DNA of 64,000 bases. It comes from Lepidodermella squamata. Lineage: Eukaryota; Animalia; Gastrotricha. Both the position numbers and the translations under genes were made by a program. The notes beneath the pieces are model-generated. The model was given only the letters and a program-made list of their open reading frames with translations, was not told the origin of the DNA and ran no database searches. Shown here one piece after another: positions 37,739-50,548 of this stretch (positions are counted from its first letter, which is position 1; every line of letters begins with the position of its first letter). Location: assembly GCA_047495785.1 (NCBI GenBank), contig JBLDXI010000001.1, forward strand, positions 1,364,001 through 1,428,000. The letters are read 5' to 3'.

Positions 37739-40700
37739 TTATCTGGATGAAAGAGGTTGCAATTCACTGGTTTCTCTGAAAATAACCAAAAAATTATCGA
37801 AATTTTGAGAATTATGTATTGCCACTTACATATGCCCGTTATTCGTTGCATCAAGTTGCTTCTTCGTCGATTTTTTCGAAGAAGCGCCGCAAAATCGTCG
37901 GAAACAGCCGCATTTTTCGAGAGGTAGTGAAGCAGAGAGTTGGCTCCACAGAAGTTGGCCAAGCCCGAAAAACACGCACCACAGCCACTGGTCGAGCGTA
38001 AGTGGTGTGGTTCGAAACACAATTCCGCCAAACTCAATCACCAAAATTTGGCTAGCCAGCGAGCCAAACCAGATGACGAGAAAAATTTTGCTCTTATGCA
38101 AACCGCGTAACATATTGCGCTCGTTGTGAAGCCGCCGCGCGCTCAATTCGTTGAATAGCGTCATCAGAACGAACGCGTTGAAAATCGCCGTGAAATGCTG
38201 AGTAGGCGCCGAGCTGGTCGTAGCAGAAATTTGGCTATTTTGCCGGCCCGAATCCGTCAGAAGTAAGTGCTCGCCGTAAAATGTCAATAGCAACATCACT
38301 CCGAGTTGATAAAATGAGTTCATTAAAATGTTTTTCGCCATGGTCGCCGATACTAGGGGACGAGTGCGGCCGTAGGGTGGTCGGTTAAGGAGGCTCGAGG
38401 ACGGCGGTTCGGTCGATAACGCCAACGAAGCTAACGTGTCCATGAGCAGATTCACGTAAAGCATTTGAATCGCAGTAACAACCGCATCTTCTAGAACAGC
38501 TGCGGTTACCACGGTGATTAGACTAGCAACAATATTAACAGTGAGTTGAAATTGGATAAATTTCGCGATTGAATCGTAGACGTTACGCCCCCAAATGAGG
38601 GCCTTTACAAGGCTCGCGAAGTTATCGTCGGTTAAAATGATGTCTGACGCCTCCTTAGCGACGTCTGTACCAGCTATTCCCATCGCGAAACCAACGTCTG
38701 CCTCCCGTAAAGCCGGGGCGTCATTCGTCCCGTCGCCTGTGACGGCGACAATTTCGCCGGATGGGTTGACCTTCGAGGCTATAATGCCACTGACAAGGTT
38801 GTACTTATCCTCCGGGGTCGATCGAGCTAAAACTCGAAGACGAGGCCAGATTTCGTCGAAACGCGCTTGTTCGATTTTTTGCGTAACCGGGTTTCGAATC
38901 AACCGATTGAACTCCTTGCCCTCGAGTACGAGACTTTCCGTGTCATTCGGTGGGATAATTCCGCAATTTTTCGCGATCGATCGAGCTGTTTCGATGTTAT
39001 CACCTGTAACCATGCGAACAACAACCCCAGCTTTTTGACATTTCCGAATAGCAATCGGGACCTCGGGCCGAACCGGATCAGCGATTCCGAAAATTCCGAT
39101 ACAAGTCAAAGAAGACACGATAGATTCCTCGTCATCCCAATTCAGCTTTTCGACCCTATTATAAAAAAATTTAATTAAGGAGGAATTTGTAAGGAGCAAC
39201 TAGAAAACGAACTGTTGAGGCGTAAAATCGCGGTAGGCTACGCAAACTGTTCGCAGACCAGATTTCGCCATTGGTTGAATGACATTTTCATTCATATCAG
39301 TTCTGTCAGAATCTTCAAACGGCTGATTTTGACCGCCAGACATCACAGTAGAACACTTTTGCAGTAGAACTTCAGAGGCCCCTTTGACAAACAGCCTGAT
39401 TTTGCCATCAGGTAGCCGAACCGCTGTGCTCATCGACTTTCGGCGCGAGTTGAACGTGAACACTTTCACTATCAAATCTTCGTTAAAACGCGTCCGAGTT
39501 TTACTTATCGGGTTTTCTTGGCCTTTTTGAGGTGGATTTATGCGAAAAGTAAATGCCAGTAGCGCACATTCGGTTCGATTTCCCAAATAGTTTGGCAAGC
39601 CACCGTCGAAGTTCTGAAAAAGAAATAAAGCAATTCATCGACTTTTTCAACATTTCAATTTTCAAATCATAATCTCAAATTCAAGCAATTTAAAGAAACT
39701 AGCACTTTTTACCCTTTTTGTAACTAGGTCACTTTTGTTAAAAAAATATTCGGGCATTTGATGCATGAAAAATCAATTTCCGGTTCAAAGCGCTATATTT
39801 TAAATACACCCAAAAGCTTACAGGCTCTACTATAGATGTTTTTGCAGAGTTGACGCAAATCGCATCGACCAACAAATCCGAAACTAATCGAGGTAGGTCC
39901 TCGTCCGTAATCGCAGAATCGGTGCTATGAGAAAATCGTTTCCCAGCAACCACAGCGTCGACTACGGACATTTTATTCGTGGTCAGTGTTCCGGTTTTAT
40001 CGCAGCAAATCGCCGTGGCGTTTCCCATAGTTTCACAGGCATCGAGATGGCGCACCAAGTTGTTATCGTGCATCATTTGTTTTACGGAGTACGCTAGGGC
40101 GAGGGTGACTGCTAGGGGCAGTCCTTCGGGAACGCTTACTACAATCACAGTGACGCCGAGAATGACGAACCGCACAAAAACCTGCATGTATCGGCTATCC
40201 CAGGGCAAACCGCGGACTAGAAAGGTGTTTATGCAAAACCGAACTGTTAATACTGATGCGGTTAACACAGCGGCGACAACTCCAATGTAACCGATTCTGA
40301 TCGAAAGTCTTTCCAGTTTGATTTGCATTGGAGATTGACTTCGTCCCAAATCAATGGAGGAAGATGGTGGTTGCACCTGGGTGCCATTTTCCAATTTCAT
40401 GTTGCTATCATTCTCATCAATTTGTTTTTCTTTCCGACATGTCCAGAAATTTTTACAGGATTTCCCTTTATTATCAGATAGCGACGGCGTTAACCCGAGA
40501 AGAATGCAGATCCGACCGGTTTGAGAATTAAGCCCTACGGCTATCACGAGCATACGTCCACTGCCTTCCATCACTTGCGTGCCTATGAATATGTTGATAT
40601 GAACCAGGTCAAATGGACAAATCGATCAATTTTTTCATCAAGCAATTATACCTGAAAGTAGCACCGGGTCTGCCGTTATCGATTTTTTTACGAGCTCGCT

Positions 40701-41563
40701 CTCGCCCGTTAGCGAGCTTTCATCGATTTTCAAATCGTTACTGTGCACCACTATGCCGTCAGCCGGAATTACGTCACCTATAAAAACAATGAAAAAGAGA
40801 GGATTGATTTGAGCGCCACAGTCAAATGGTAATCAAAGCATACCATATTGCAGCTGACAAATGTCGCCAACGAGGATTTCTTTCACGGGTATACTCAACA
40901 AATTTCCATCCCGAATAACTGTGAACAATTGATTGGATTCGATTTTGGCCTGTAGACCACGAAATTGTTTCTCCTTCTGATCGTTGTTGATCGCAGTAAC
41001 AAACGCGACAATGAAAACAGTTCCCATAATAGCAACTGCTTCAATCCAGTTAGCGCGACTTTCCATGTCATCTCCTCCACTGACGACAGGCGCTGTATCA
41101 TTTGAGGAAGAATCAGCGCCTAAGATGTCCGAGCCGGGTTGGGGTTCATAAAAAGATAACAGCAATGAAACCAAAGCTGCTATCATGAGTATAACGAGAG
41201 TAACATCTTTCAATGCATCGATGATGAGCATGAAAAATGTTTTCGGTTTCTTTTGTGGAATTTCATTCTTTCCGAAGATGTGCCTTCGTGTGACAAAATC
41301 TTCATTAGATGTAACAAGACCTAAGAAACATCAATCTGTCAGGCGGCAAGGCGAGATTTAAAAGAACATTTACCTTTGTCAGGTGATGACTTCAGTCTCG
41401 AACACAACTCATTGATCGGATCATGCCCGTATTTTGATTGAAGATATTGAATACATTCCTGACTTCGATGTTGCATCAGATTCGATAGTTCGGCTTTCAT
41501 TTCATGAGAAAAGTGAGCATTCAGATTGGCCGAACCTGCTAGCGATGGCTTGTTCTTGCCCAT
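37739..41563 (-). CDS. Plasma-membrane-type Ca2+-transporting P-type ATPase (P2B, PMCA-like)
   Basis: [77 protein letters not shown]. Short C-terminus ending about [12 protein letters not shown]. Confidence 0.95.
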
Positions 41564-42035
41564 TTTCTGAAAGGAAATAATTCAAAACAGTTTGTGAGAA
41601 ATTTGGGAGAAATACCTCAGACTGAAAACTTGATTCGTTTAAGGACCTCGTGGCACACATTGTTTCAACGGCACCAAGCTCTGAGCCAATATGAGGTTGC
41701 AGACTTTACATAAACACTAAGTGTAATAACTGCCTGGACGAAAAGTTAAACATTAGAGCAAGAAAAGAAAATGGAGAGAAAATACACGCTCATCTACAAT
41801 CCTAGCTACAATTTCGTTGTAAGGCAGCGCCGGATTTTAGGCTTATCGGAATTTTCTGAGATATCCCATCGTCGTCAGGCTCATGTTACATGGCTGATGG
41901 CTGTATAAATCAGTTAGTTTGTTACCAATTTCTCGAAGATGTTGGAGGAGGATGCCAGTATTAGTTACTAGTTTCAAATATTTATTTGCCACCTAGTGCA
42001 ATGCGCTCATATTAAAGATGAGCGGAGAATTCGCT

Positions 42036-42073
42036 GTCATGACATACGTCATAACATACGTCATAACATACGT
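42036..42073 (+). repeat. 12-bp tandem repeat (GTCATAACATAC) x3
   Basis: gtcatgacatac gtcataacatac gtcataacatac gt. Confidence 0.8.
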
Positions 42074-43283
42074 AGGCTGTTTGAAGACCTTGTCGTCTTC
42101 ACAGCTGCTTTCTACAATAATCCCATAGAAAAGCAAAGCGATTCAGTGATACATCAATTCAGTTATACAAGTAATTGCAACTATTTGCGTCATGTCCAAG
42201 TTAGCTCGAGCTACTATGGTAGCTAGTGAAAATGTAGAATTCTTACAATGCGCGACGTCCATCGCGCTCATTCAAGTTTTCGTGCTAAGCTTTCGAATGT
42301 CTGGCGGTACTTCATTTCACAGGTAAGCAATTAATTATCCTCGATCATCGAATATCGCAATGCGTTTGTCTTCAAAACTTTATTTATTGAAAAAATTGTC
42401 TACGAGACAAGCAACGAGACTTGCAGTACAAAAAGAGAGGTCATGATGACCATGAGAGGGCAGAACTGTCACCTGCCATCAAAAAAACACCCGGTGAAGA
42501 CAAGTAAAGTGGAAAGGGCGCTCGACTCCAACATAAGTGCCCTCAATTCGGCAGTTACGGCAGCGAAAGTGCCCTGATTCCTGCCGCGATGAGACCGAGC
42601 GCGCGCGGAAGCGCGGGTTGTGACGGACTTGAAGGTCGCTAAAGAATATTTTTATATTCTGAATCTATCAATAATTTAATCTATTATAAGGTACCAAAGC
42701 TCCGTTTTTATAATAAAAGTGATAATTTGGTCACATGTTTTTTATGTAAAAAATTTCATGAAAACGCGAGGACGAGAGAGGATCTAGCTCTGGAAACGGG
42801 TAACAGGCAGCAGGCAAACGCCACTTACTCGACTCATTTCTACTTTCAGGCTATTTCGAAGACTCTAAAACTCCAAGAATACCAACAATGAAAATAGCTG
42901 ACAGATATTGCGGCATTTTTGAGTTCCTCCAACGCGATCAAATGCTCCATTCCTTTGGTTTTTCTCTCACCGAGTATTAAAGTGAGTTCTATGACTCTAT
43001 GTTCCGTGTATAGGATCAAATTATAGAAATTACATATCAGACATGATGATATTTATAGCGCCGCGGGATTCATGTGTGGGTTAGAATCAATCCACAGAAG
43101 GGCGCACAAAACCGCAAACGTTCCAATCGCCAAGATTGGTAGGGGATGTAATCGCCTTATTGACTGAACAGACAACAGACGCAGTTGATGGGCGAACCCT
43201 TTTTCACAAATAAATCAGGAGATGACAATGACTTTTAAAGACTTTAATGTCTAATTAGCACGAGAACGCGGAGAAAATCTTGT

Positions 43284-44874
43284 CTAAGCCCTGACATATG
43301 GCATGGCAAAAGCATCGCCACCGTTCAAAAATGTCGCCTGATTTCCAGCTGGTCCATAGTTACAGTACTAAAAATTAAAGCCAATAGGTAATTTGTAGAT
43401 TGAAAATGAAATTGGGTAAACACAGACCATCAACACTTCTGGATACTCTTTGCATCTGATCCTTGCGCAACTGAAATTCAAAGAAAATAAAGCTCAGATC
43501 GATGATGAAATAGATCATATGACGCTCAAACCCGACAAATTTTGTATCTTCCCACACAATCTGCGTGTAATGCCCGACTCCGTCACCTCCTTCGCCATAT
43601 TTCCACTCAAACCTCTCATCTGCCCAGTATTTCGAGATGCATTCCTCCCAAGTCATCGCTGAGCCGTCGTCACTCAAACTGGCCCCACAAAGGTTCTGCC
43701 CAACTGTGTCATACTTGGGCAGATATCGATTGAAGTAGCGATCGTGTTGACCAGTGCACTGGGAAGCCCAACTAAGTAAAATTGGCAATGTATTGGCGAT
43801 GTATTTCAAAATAATGAAAATAAATAAACCCCGCTGCTTGCAGCGCTAAATTTTCGTCCCATTGCAAGTCAACCAAGGGCTTTTTAGCGGGCGGATCAAC
43901 GGTTCCTGAAAAGTGGACGTGTAATACAGATCGAAGTAAAATCACGGCAGAAACTTCGCCATCTGTTATGCTCCTCCAAAATCATCTGCTTCGTTCTTGA
44001 ATCCATCATCTCGAAGCCAACAAAGCTCTTTGCTGGCTCCAAGCACATGGAGTTTGAATTTTCCAATCCAAGAGGACAGGGCTGAAGTTTAATATGTAAT
44101 GAGCTAATGTATTTGGTCGCAAATGGAAAATACCTTATTTTGCCCGGTGTACGGAATAAGAACAGGCGGCGAAACAGTGCTTAAAGCAAGCTCAGGGTTT
44201 CGGCCCTTCTGGACTGCCGGCCGCAGCCTCTCAGGCTCGGGTGCTGGAGATGGCGTTGGTCGGTCTGTTATAAATTCTGGCCGGCGTTCTTGCTCGGCTG
44301 CTGATGGTCGCTGAACCGATTCAGTGATTCGCGAAGGATTGTTTTGGATTCTTTCTGGTTCTGCAACGGGTTGGACGGGCGGCGGCTCGTAGCGGAAGCG
44401 CACTGGCTCAGGAGCAGCCGGAATAATTTCAGTTGGTCTAGATTGTTCCCAGTCGCTTCCCCCGGTCTGTCTATTTACCGAGCTTTGGTCAGGATATTCG
44501 TCATAATTTTCGGGACACGAAGGTATCGGTTCACTCCAATATCCAGTGGAAGATGTTGTTCGACATTGTACACTATCAGTCGGTCGAGGATCTCCACCGT
44601 ACAAACAGTGATAAGTAGCGATTTCCACGTACACGCCATTTATTCTTTCGGCGGTGCTTCTGATGACGTACGCATTCGAAACTCTTGGCGGGTCGCCGCA
44701 CGGCTTGCCCCATCCGGGCAAACTACCTGCTCCAACGTTAGCAGTATCTTCCCAGTCTTTTCCATCTCTACGTCGCGGTATGCGGCGCCGTTTACCAGTC
44801 GATGGATCATATTGTCCCGAAATCAGCGGGAAAGCCAAAGCCGCGCAAATGAGGAGATGAGTTGCCACTTTCAT
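43284..44874 (-). CDS. Secreted Sushi-Pro-rich linker-CAP protein
   Basis: Signal; CGDPP...YHCLYG...VQC...WSEPIPSC; NSMCL; HNRWR, GQNLCG, GHYTQIVW, YCNYGPAGN; ends MPYVRA*. Confidence 0.88.
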
Positions 44875-45342
44875 CTTTTACAGATGCTTTCTTGAAAATG
44901 ATTTTCTGCGTGTAAGGAATGATGCATCAATGGACGGTTGTATTATAAGGCGTCTAAATTTCACGCCAAGTGTGTCTGTAGTGTGAACATGTTAATCTCA
45001 CCACGAAAGGTGGTCGCGCGTGCAATCTGTAGGTTAATCAAGCGCGCAATCAACCTCATCTTAATGACCCACGGTGAAGCTGGCAAAAACGGCTTCACGA
45101 TAACAGTCTTAAGGTTCAGAAAGCATTTCTCATGCACACCTAAGGAAGGGGGTTTCGCCAGAAACATGTTTTTCGGCTTATAAACATCCCGCTTCAGTCA
45201 AACGAATCAAGTGTTTGCTAAAATATTCACTTCACTGCATCTTCGCTAACTTTTTACTCATTTATACAGTAAAAGAATACGTGTCACTAATATACATTAG
45301 TTCCAGATAAATGCTTTTGCCACGCCGCCAGGCTTTCCATCC

Positions 45343-47564
45343 TCACGCTTTTTTATATGGAAATCCGTAAGGGTTGAAATTATTTTCGGCGGAGCCCACG
45401 TTACCACCAGGTCCGTAATTGCAGAACTGAAAACGCAAGGAGGTAATGGTGCTATATTTCATAAAAATAGAATTTCTTACCATATAGTATTGGCCAGCGC
45501 AGAAGGCTCTTGCACAGCTTGACATAGGGATATTGACGTTCAAATATGTTGCATAAAATAGATAATATTGTTCTCACCCAACAAGTTTTGTATCTGCCCA
45601 GATCACCTGAGTGTAATGTCCAACCTCACCGGTCGGTTGACCTCCGTAAGTCCAGTCTTTTTTCTCACCAGCCCACAATTCGCTGATACATTGGGGCCAT
45701 TCGATCTGCGATCCTCCGCAAAAATTTTGGCCAATAAACTCGTACTTTGGCAATGTTCTTGCGTCTTTATTGTCGTGGCCTCCGGTGCATTGAGTTGCCC
45801 ATCTTTGAATACAAATGCCTTTATTCACGTACATGCCTGAATCCTGCATTATTTACCCTCTTGCTTGTTTCGCTAAATCGTTGTCCCATTGCAAATCATC
45901 AATCGGGGTCGCTGCTGGTGGATCAACGCTCTCTACAAATGGTTTTATAATTAAAAAGGGTATCGAGGAGTTGCATCTAGCCACAACTTCTCCATTTGTT
46001 ATGCTCATCGAGTATTGTTTTGATCGTTTCTGGCGTCATCTCATCTGCTGATTCGAAACTGCTCACGGGCTTCAGGCACATTGAATTGGTTGGTGATAGC
46101 TCAGCAGGACAACCCTGCAATGTATTAAGGGTGATTACGAGTGAGATCTTAAAGTATCTTATATTATACCCCATCCGACGGAGAAGAAGGCGAAGGTCTC
46201 GGTGCTGGCCTAGGTGGGTTTTCTGCTGGGTTAGAAGGGGGCGCCGGTCTTGGATTTTGTGGCCGCGGTCTCGGGGCAGGTGACGGCGCAGATGCACTGC
46301 CATCAGTCTTGTACGGCATTCCAAATGGGTTGAAACCGTTTTCAGCTGTGCCCACATTTCCACCCGGGCCGTAATTGCAGAACTGTAAGATTAGGATATA
46401 GAAAATTTCAGTTTTTGATTCGCTGCTTGCGTACCATGTAGTATTGGCCTGAGCAATAAGCTCTTGCACATCCCACAAACTTGGAGTCTGCCCAGATAAT
46501 TTGCGTGTAGTGTCCGACTTCACCTCGTGGGCTAGCTCCATAGGTCCAGTCCTTCCTTTCACCCGCCCAGAGTTCGCTGATGCATTGTGACCATCCCAGC
46601 TGTGACCCTCCACAGAAATTCTGCCCAATGCTGTTGAACTTGGGTAACACTCGAGCCGAGTCTTCATCGTGGTTGCCATTGCATTGAGTCGCCCATCTTA
46701 AAATGTGAGAGAAATAATAAAAATTACGTTTATCTCGTCATCACCTAACCCTTTGGCCTGCCTAGCAAGATCGTCATCCCATTGTAAGTCCTCAATTAAA
46801 GGATTCGCGGCAGGTTCAACGCTCTCTTTATACAGAAAGGGATTAACTTGAACACTGAATATTATAAAAAGTAAGCGTCCTTACTTCGCCACTTGTTATG
46901 TTCGTCCAAGATAGTTTTTATAGTATCTGGTGTCATTTCATCCACCGACTCCATGTTACTCGATGGACTCAAGCACATGGAATTAGTTGGACTGAGATCA
47001 GGAGGACATCCCTATTGTTTTACGAGGAGAGAATGCTTCAGAACAACTCAAACACGGCGGATTTAAATTTTTTACCTGAGGGCTATTTTGGGCACCAGGA
47101 GATGGCCTTGGGCGGGGTGCCGAAGCTGGGGCCGGTGCAGGACGTTGTCTTTCGTTAGTATCCTGGTCGGGTCCATCATTACTATTCCGACCGCCTGACG
47201 GGTTAGGTTGAGGACGAGGCTGGTCAGTGCCGCCGCATGAAGGCGTCGGTTGACTCCATTCCCCTTCACCTGTATTAGTTATGCAGGTGACGGTATCTGT
47301 CGGCGTTGGCTCGGCTCCGTTGCGACAAGCGTAGACCACAGTCTCAGTATAGCTATTACCTCTAGACTGAGTGCTGCCACTTCTAACATAGCTTCCGCTG
47401 ATTTTGGGAGGCTCTCCGCAAGGTTTTTTGCCTCCCCCTCCACCGCGGCCACCGAACCCTCCTAAATCACCATCTTCACCGAAGCCACCATTATCGCCGT
47501 CAAATTGGGCGAAAGTTGCGACAGCGAATAGCAAAATAGCTAGGACGAATGATAAATTTCGCAT
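45343..47564 (-). CDS. Secreted Sushi protein with two closely similar tandem CAP domains
   Basis: Signal; CGEPP..YACRNG..C..WSQPTPSC; two copies of GCP..LSPTNSMCL...HNKWR...WATQC...GQNFCGGSQ...GHYTQ.IWAD...FCNYGPGGNVG, joined in frame by a Pro-rich linker. Confidence 0.88.
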
Positions 47565-48802
47565 TATTTCTCTTCTGTTAAAGGTAGAACAGAACTAATA
47601 TCCTGGCTTCTCCTTGGAATCCCCGAGGCAACACCGTGTTTTAATCCAACAAATCGTGCACAGTTTTCGTGGCGAGCATCAAGCATTCTTTTCTTAATGT
47701 ATCTGAATTATCATATTTCATCTAAAGAAAATGTGGGCGGTGTTAGCTCGAATTATATCTAAAGCATAACTTTACTAGAACAGCTTGAGTAAAGAAATGC
47801 GGATGATATTGAAGCGTAGGAATTTTTTTGAAGCAACCTTTTTCCATGTGGCGTAGCATTCATATGTCCAAAAGTACATATGCTTTTGTTAGTTCTCAGT
47901 TCAAAATTGTTCGATATATTCGAAGATATAGCAGAATCCGAGAAAAATCACAACAGCTGGATTTGTAGTAAAGATGCTCAGGAAAGAAATTCAGGAATTT
48001 GAAAGCAGTTAGGCTGAATTTCGGATCGCAGCTTTAACTCAGGAATCAAAATGTGCCCTATAATTTGTTGGCTCTAAATCCAAGGACTGTTATGGCCTGA
48101 ATTCACGCTTCTCCAGTTTAAAGATCATGGGCATCAATATCATCCACGTGCCAAATTGAAAATAGTGAATAAGTCCACGATTTACCCCACACTTATTCAA
48201 CTCATCAGTATACCCGCCTGTCCCGTTGGAGACGAGGATTCGATTCCCTGCCAAGACGAGATTTTTTTCCAATTTTAAATATTAACGCTATTCTAAATTC
48301 CATTAAAAACCATAAATTCACGGCCTGTAAAATCTTTGTATTTTACACTGTATTAATTTTTCTCGTGTGGCGCATTTTGTTATATCTCTATAAATACCTG
48401 CTGGGTCCTCCCCCGTCCCGTGCTACAACACATTTCCAAGAGAAAAAGCTGAATTAATGATGATTCTTTATTCAGCCTGATGGTACATTCCTAGGGCTTA
48501 ATTGCAGAGATCACGATTAACAATAAAGTTTTGTTAAATCTGCGGTTAAGATTGGAAACCGAAAAAGAGCGGGGTACCTATCAATATTTGATGTAAACAG
48601 CTACAATGCAAAAGTTGAAAGTTCTGAATATTTCTTTCCATAAAAATGGAATTGAAAACATGAGAAAGAAACCGAATTGGCGGTGATTTTTATTCTTTAA
48701 TCTGACAAAAAACCTCTGTAATCACATCAATCATCGGAGTTTCCAACGGCAATTTACATTGTTAAGAAAATATTATCTCTCTTTAGAAAACTCGACGAAG
48801 AT

Positions 48803-50277
48803 TTAGGCTTTTTTGTAAGGATACGAGTAGTATGTGAAGCCGTTCGCTCGAGAGGCCATGTTTCCGGCAGGTCCATAGTTGCAGAACTGTAAACGTAATA
48901 TAAGACTAGAAAAGTTCACAGAAATTAAAAGTGCGAGCAAACCATGACAAATCCCCCTGAGCTGCACTTGACTCGGGAACATCCTACTGCAACTGTATCA
49001 GCCCAAATCACTTGGGTCCAGTGGCCAACACCACTGCCTTCAACGCCATGCGTCCACTTGGTGCGTTCACCTGCCCACATGTCGACGCACTGCTTCCAGT
49101 CAGCATAACCTCCGCACATGTTCTGGCCAACGCTTCGATATCTTTAAAAAACTGGATTTGAGATTTGATAAACCAAAAAGCTTATGCTATATACGTGGCT
49201 GAAGTGGGTTTATTGTGATTTGTGTTGCACGTGACCGCCCACCTGAAAAAGCAATCAGTAATTTGATTCCGCTTTCTTACAAGACGCTTTCTGTCTTACG
49301 CTTTGGCTGAAGCAGCAAGGTCGTCGTCCCACTTCAAATCAGGAATAGGCGGGTTAGCTTTTGGGAATCCGAGGCTCTCGTCATTAATGCCCCCTGGAAT
49401 TACACAACATGTTGAAAGACGACGAACAAGAATGACACGTCGCCTTACTTCTCCATTGATTGTGGTTTGATAGTATGAGGTTTTTAACGTCATCAGTATT
49501 GACATCTACCGAAACGCAGGGAGAAGAGCAGCTCTATCGAACGGAGTGTTCAATATTACGACAATTTCTTCAAGTTCCTAGATAAGTTACCTCTGTGGCT
49601 GGGGAACCAGAAGGGGAAGGCTGAGGTGCAGGTCTTGATTCCCTTGGGCTTGGGCTTGGGCTTCTCACGACGACTGCTGGTGTTGGTGGTGGGCTTTTGG
49701 TGCGGGGAGGAGCGGTCGGCGGCGCCGGCGTGTCATCCTCAACTGGGCTGCCATCGTCTACAGCATCGGTTGATTCCTCCTCCGTCGTAGTCGTTGTAGC
49801 TTCTGTTGTTGTTGTTGTTGTTGTTGTTGTAGTTTTCGTGGTTCTGGTATTTTGGCTTGGCGTTGATGTTTGGCTTACCCCACAAGACGGTATCGGCTGC
49901 GACCATTTACCCGTACTGCTCAGCGTGCTGCAAATTAAAGCCTCGGGGACAGCTGGCCTGTTTGTCTTTGTGCATGTATACTTGCGCACTTCAGTATAGT
50001 TATTGTTCCTTTGATTTGTGGTCGAACTCGACATGTATGCGCCCGGAATAGTAGGAGCCTCACCACATCGGTTCATCGTCATCGGTACGTAAGCACCGTA
50101 GCCTCCACCGCCAGGGCGCATCGGAGGCATAGGGGGCCAGTTGTTGTTGCCTCCCCAGCCTCCCCATCCACCGTTATCTCCATCTCCACCGTCTCCGTTG
50201 TTGTCTTCATTTTCATCTTGAGCAAGTGAAACGTGTGCCAAGAGGCCGAGGAGAAAGAGCAACTTGAATTGTTTCAT
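48803..50277 (-). CDS. Secreted Gly/Trp-Sushi-mucin-CAP protein
   Basis: Signal; GGWGGWGG; CGEAP...YTC...IC...WSQPIPSC; Thr/Pro stalk; HNQWR, GQNMCG, GHWTQVIW, FCNYGPAGN. Confidence 0.87.
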
Positions 50278-50548
50278 TTTATCAGCGAAAACTGGAGGAC
50301 TGGAGGACTACTATCCCGTTAAATAGCAGCAGCGAGCGCGGGCTATGTTATCTTCGAAATGACTTGGCTAATGCCTCCCCCGGCATTTTTCAAAACCTGC
50401 CACGATATTTCTTAAACAATACGCGTTTCCAACAAAAAATATAAAACATGACAGTTTTTTGCGGCACAAAGGCTCCCACCAAAGTTATTAACATTTTTTA
50501 CTCGGTCACGACACTTAAGGAAGTCGTTTTTTAATGGATAACGTGTGT

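Noticed and set aside
41600-43200. Possible gene or ncRNA upstream of the Ca2+ pump
   Set aside because: Only short ORFs, a 12-bp repeat and a GC-rich patch (~42590-42620); likely 5' UTR/promoter. Nothing supportable.
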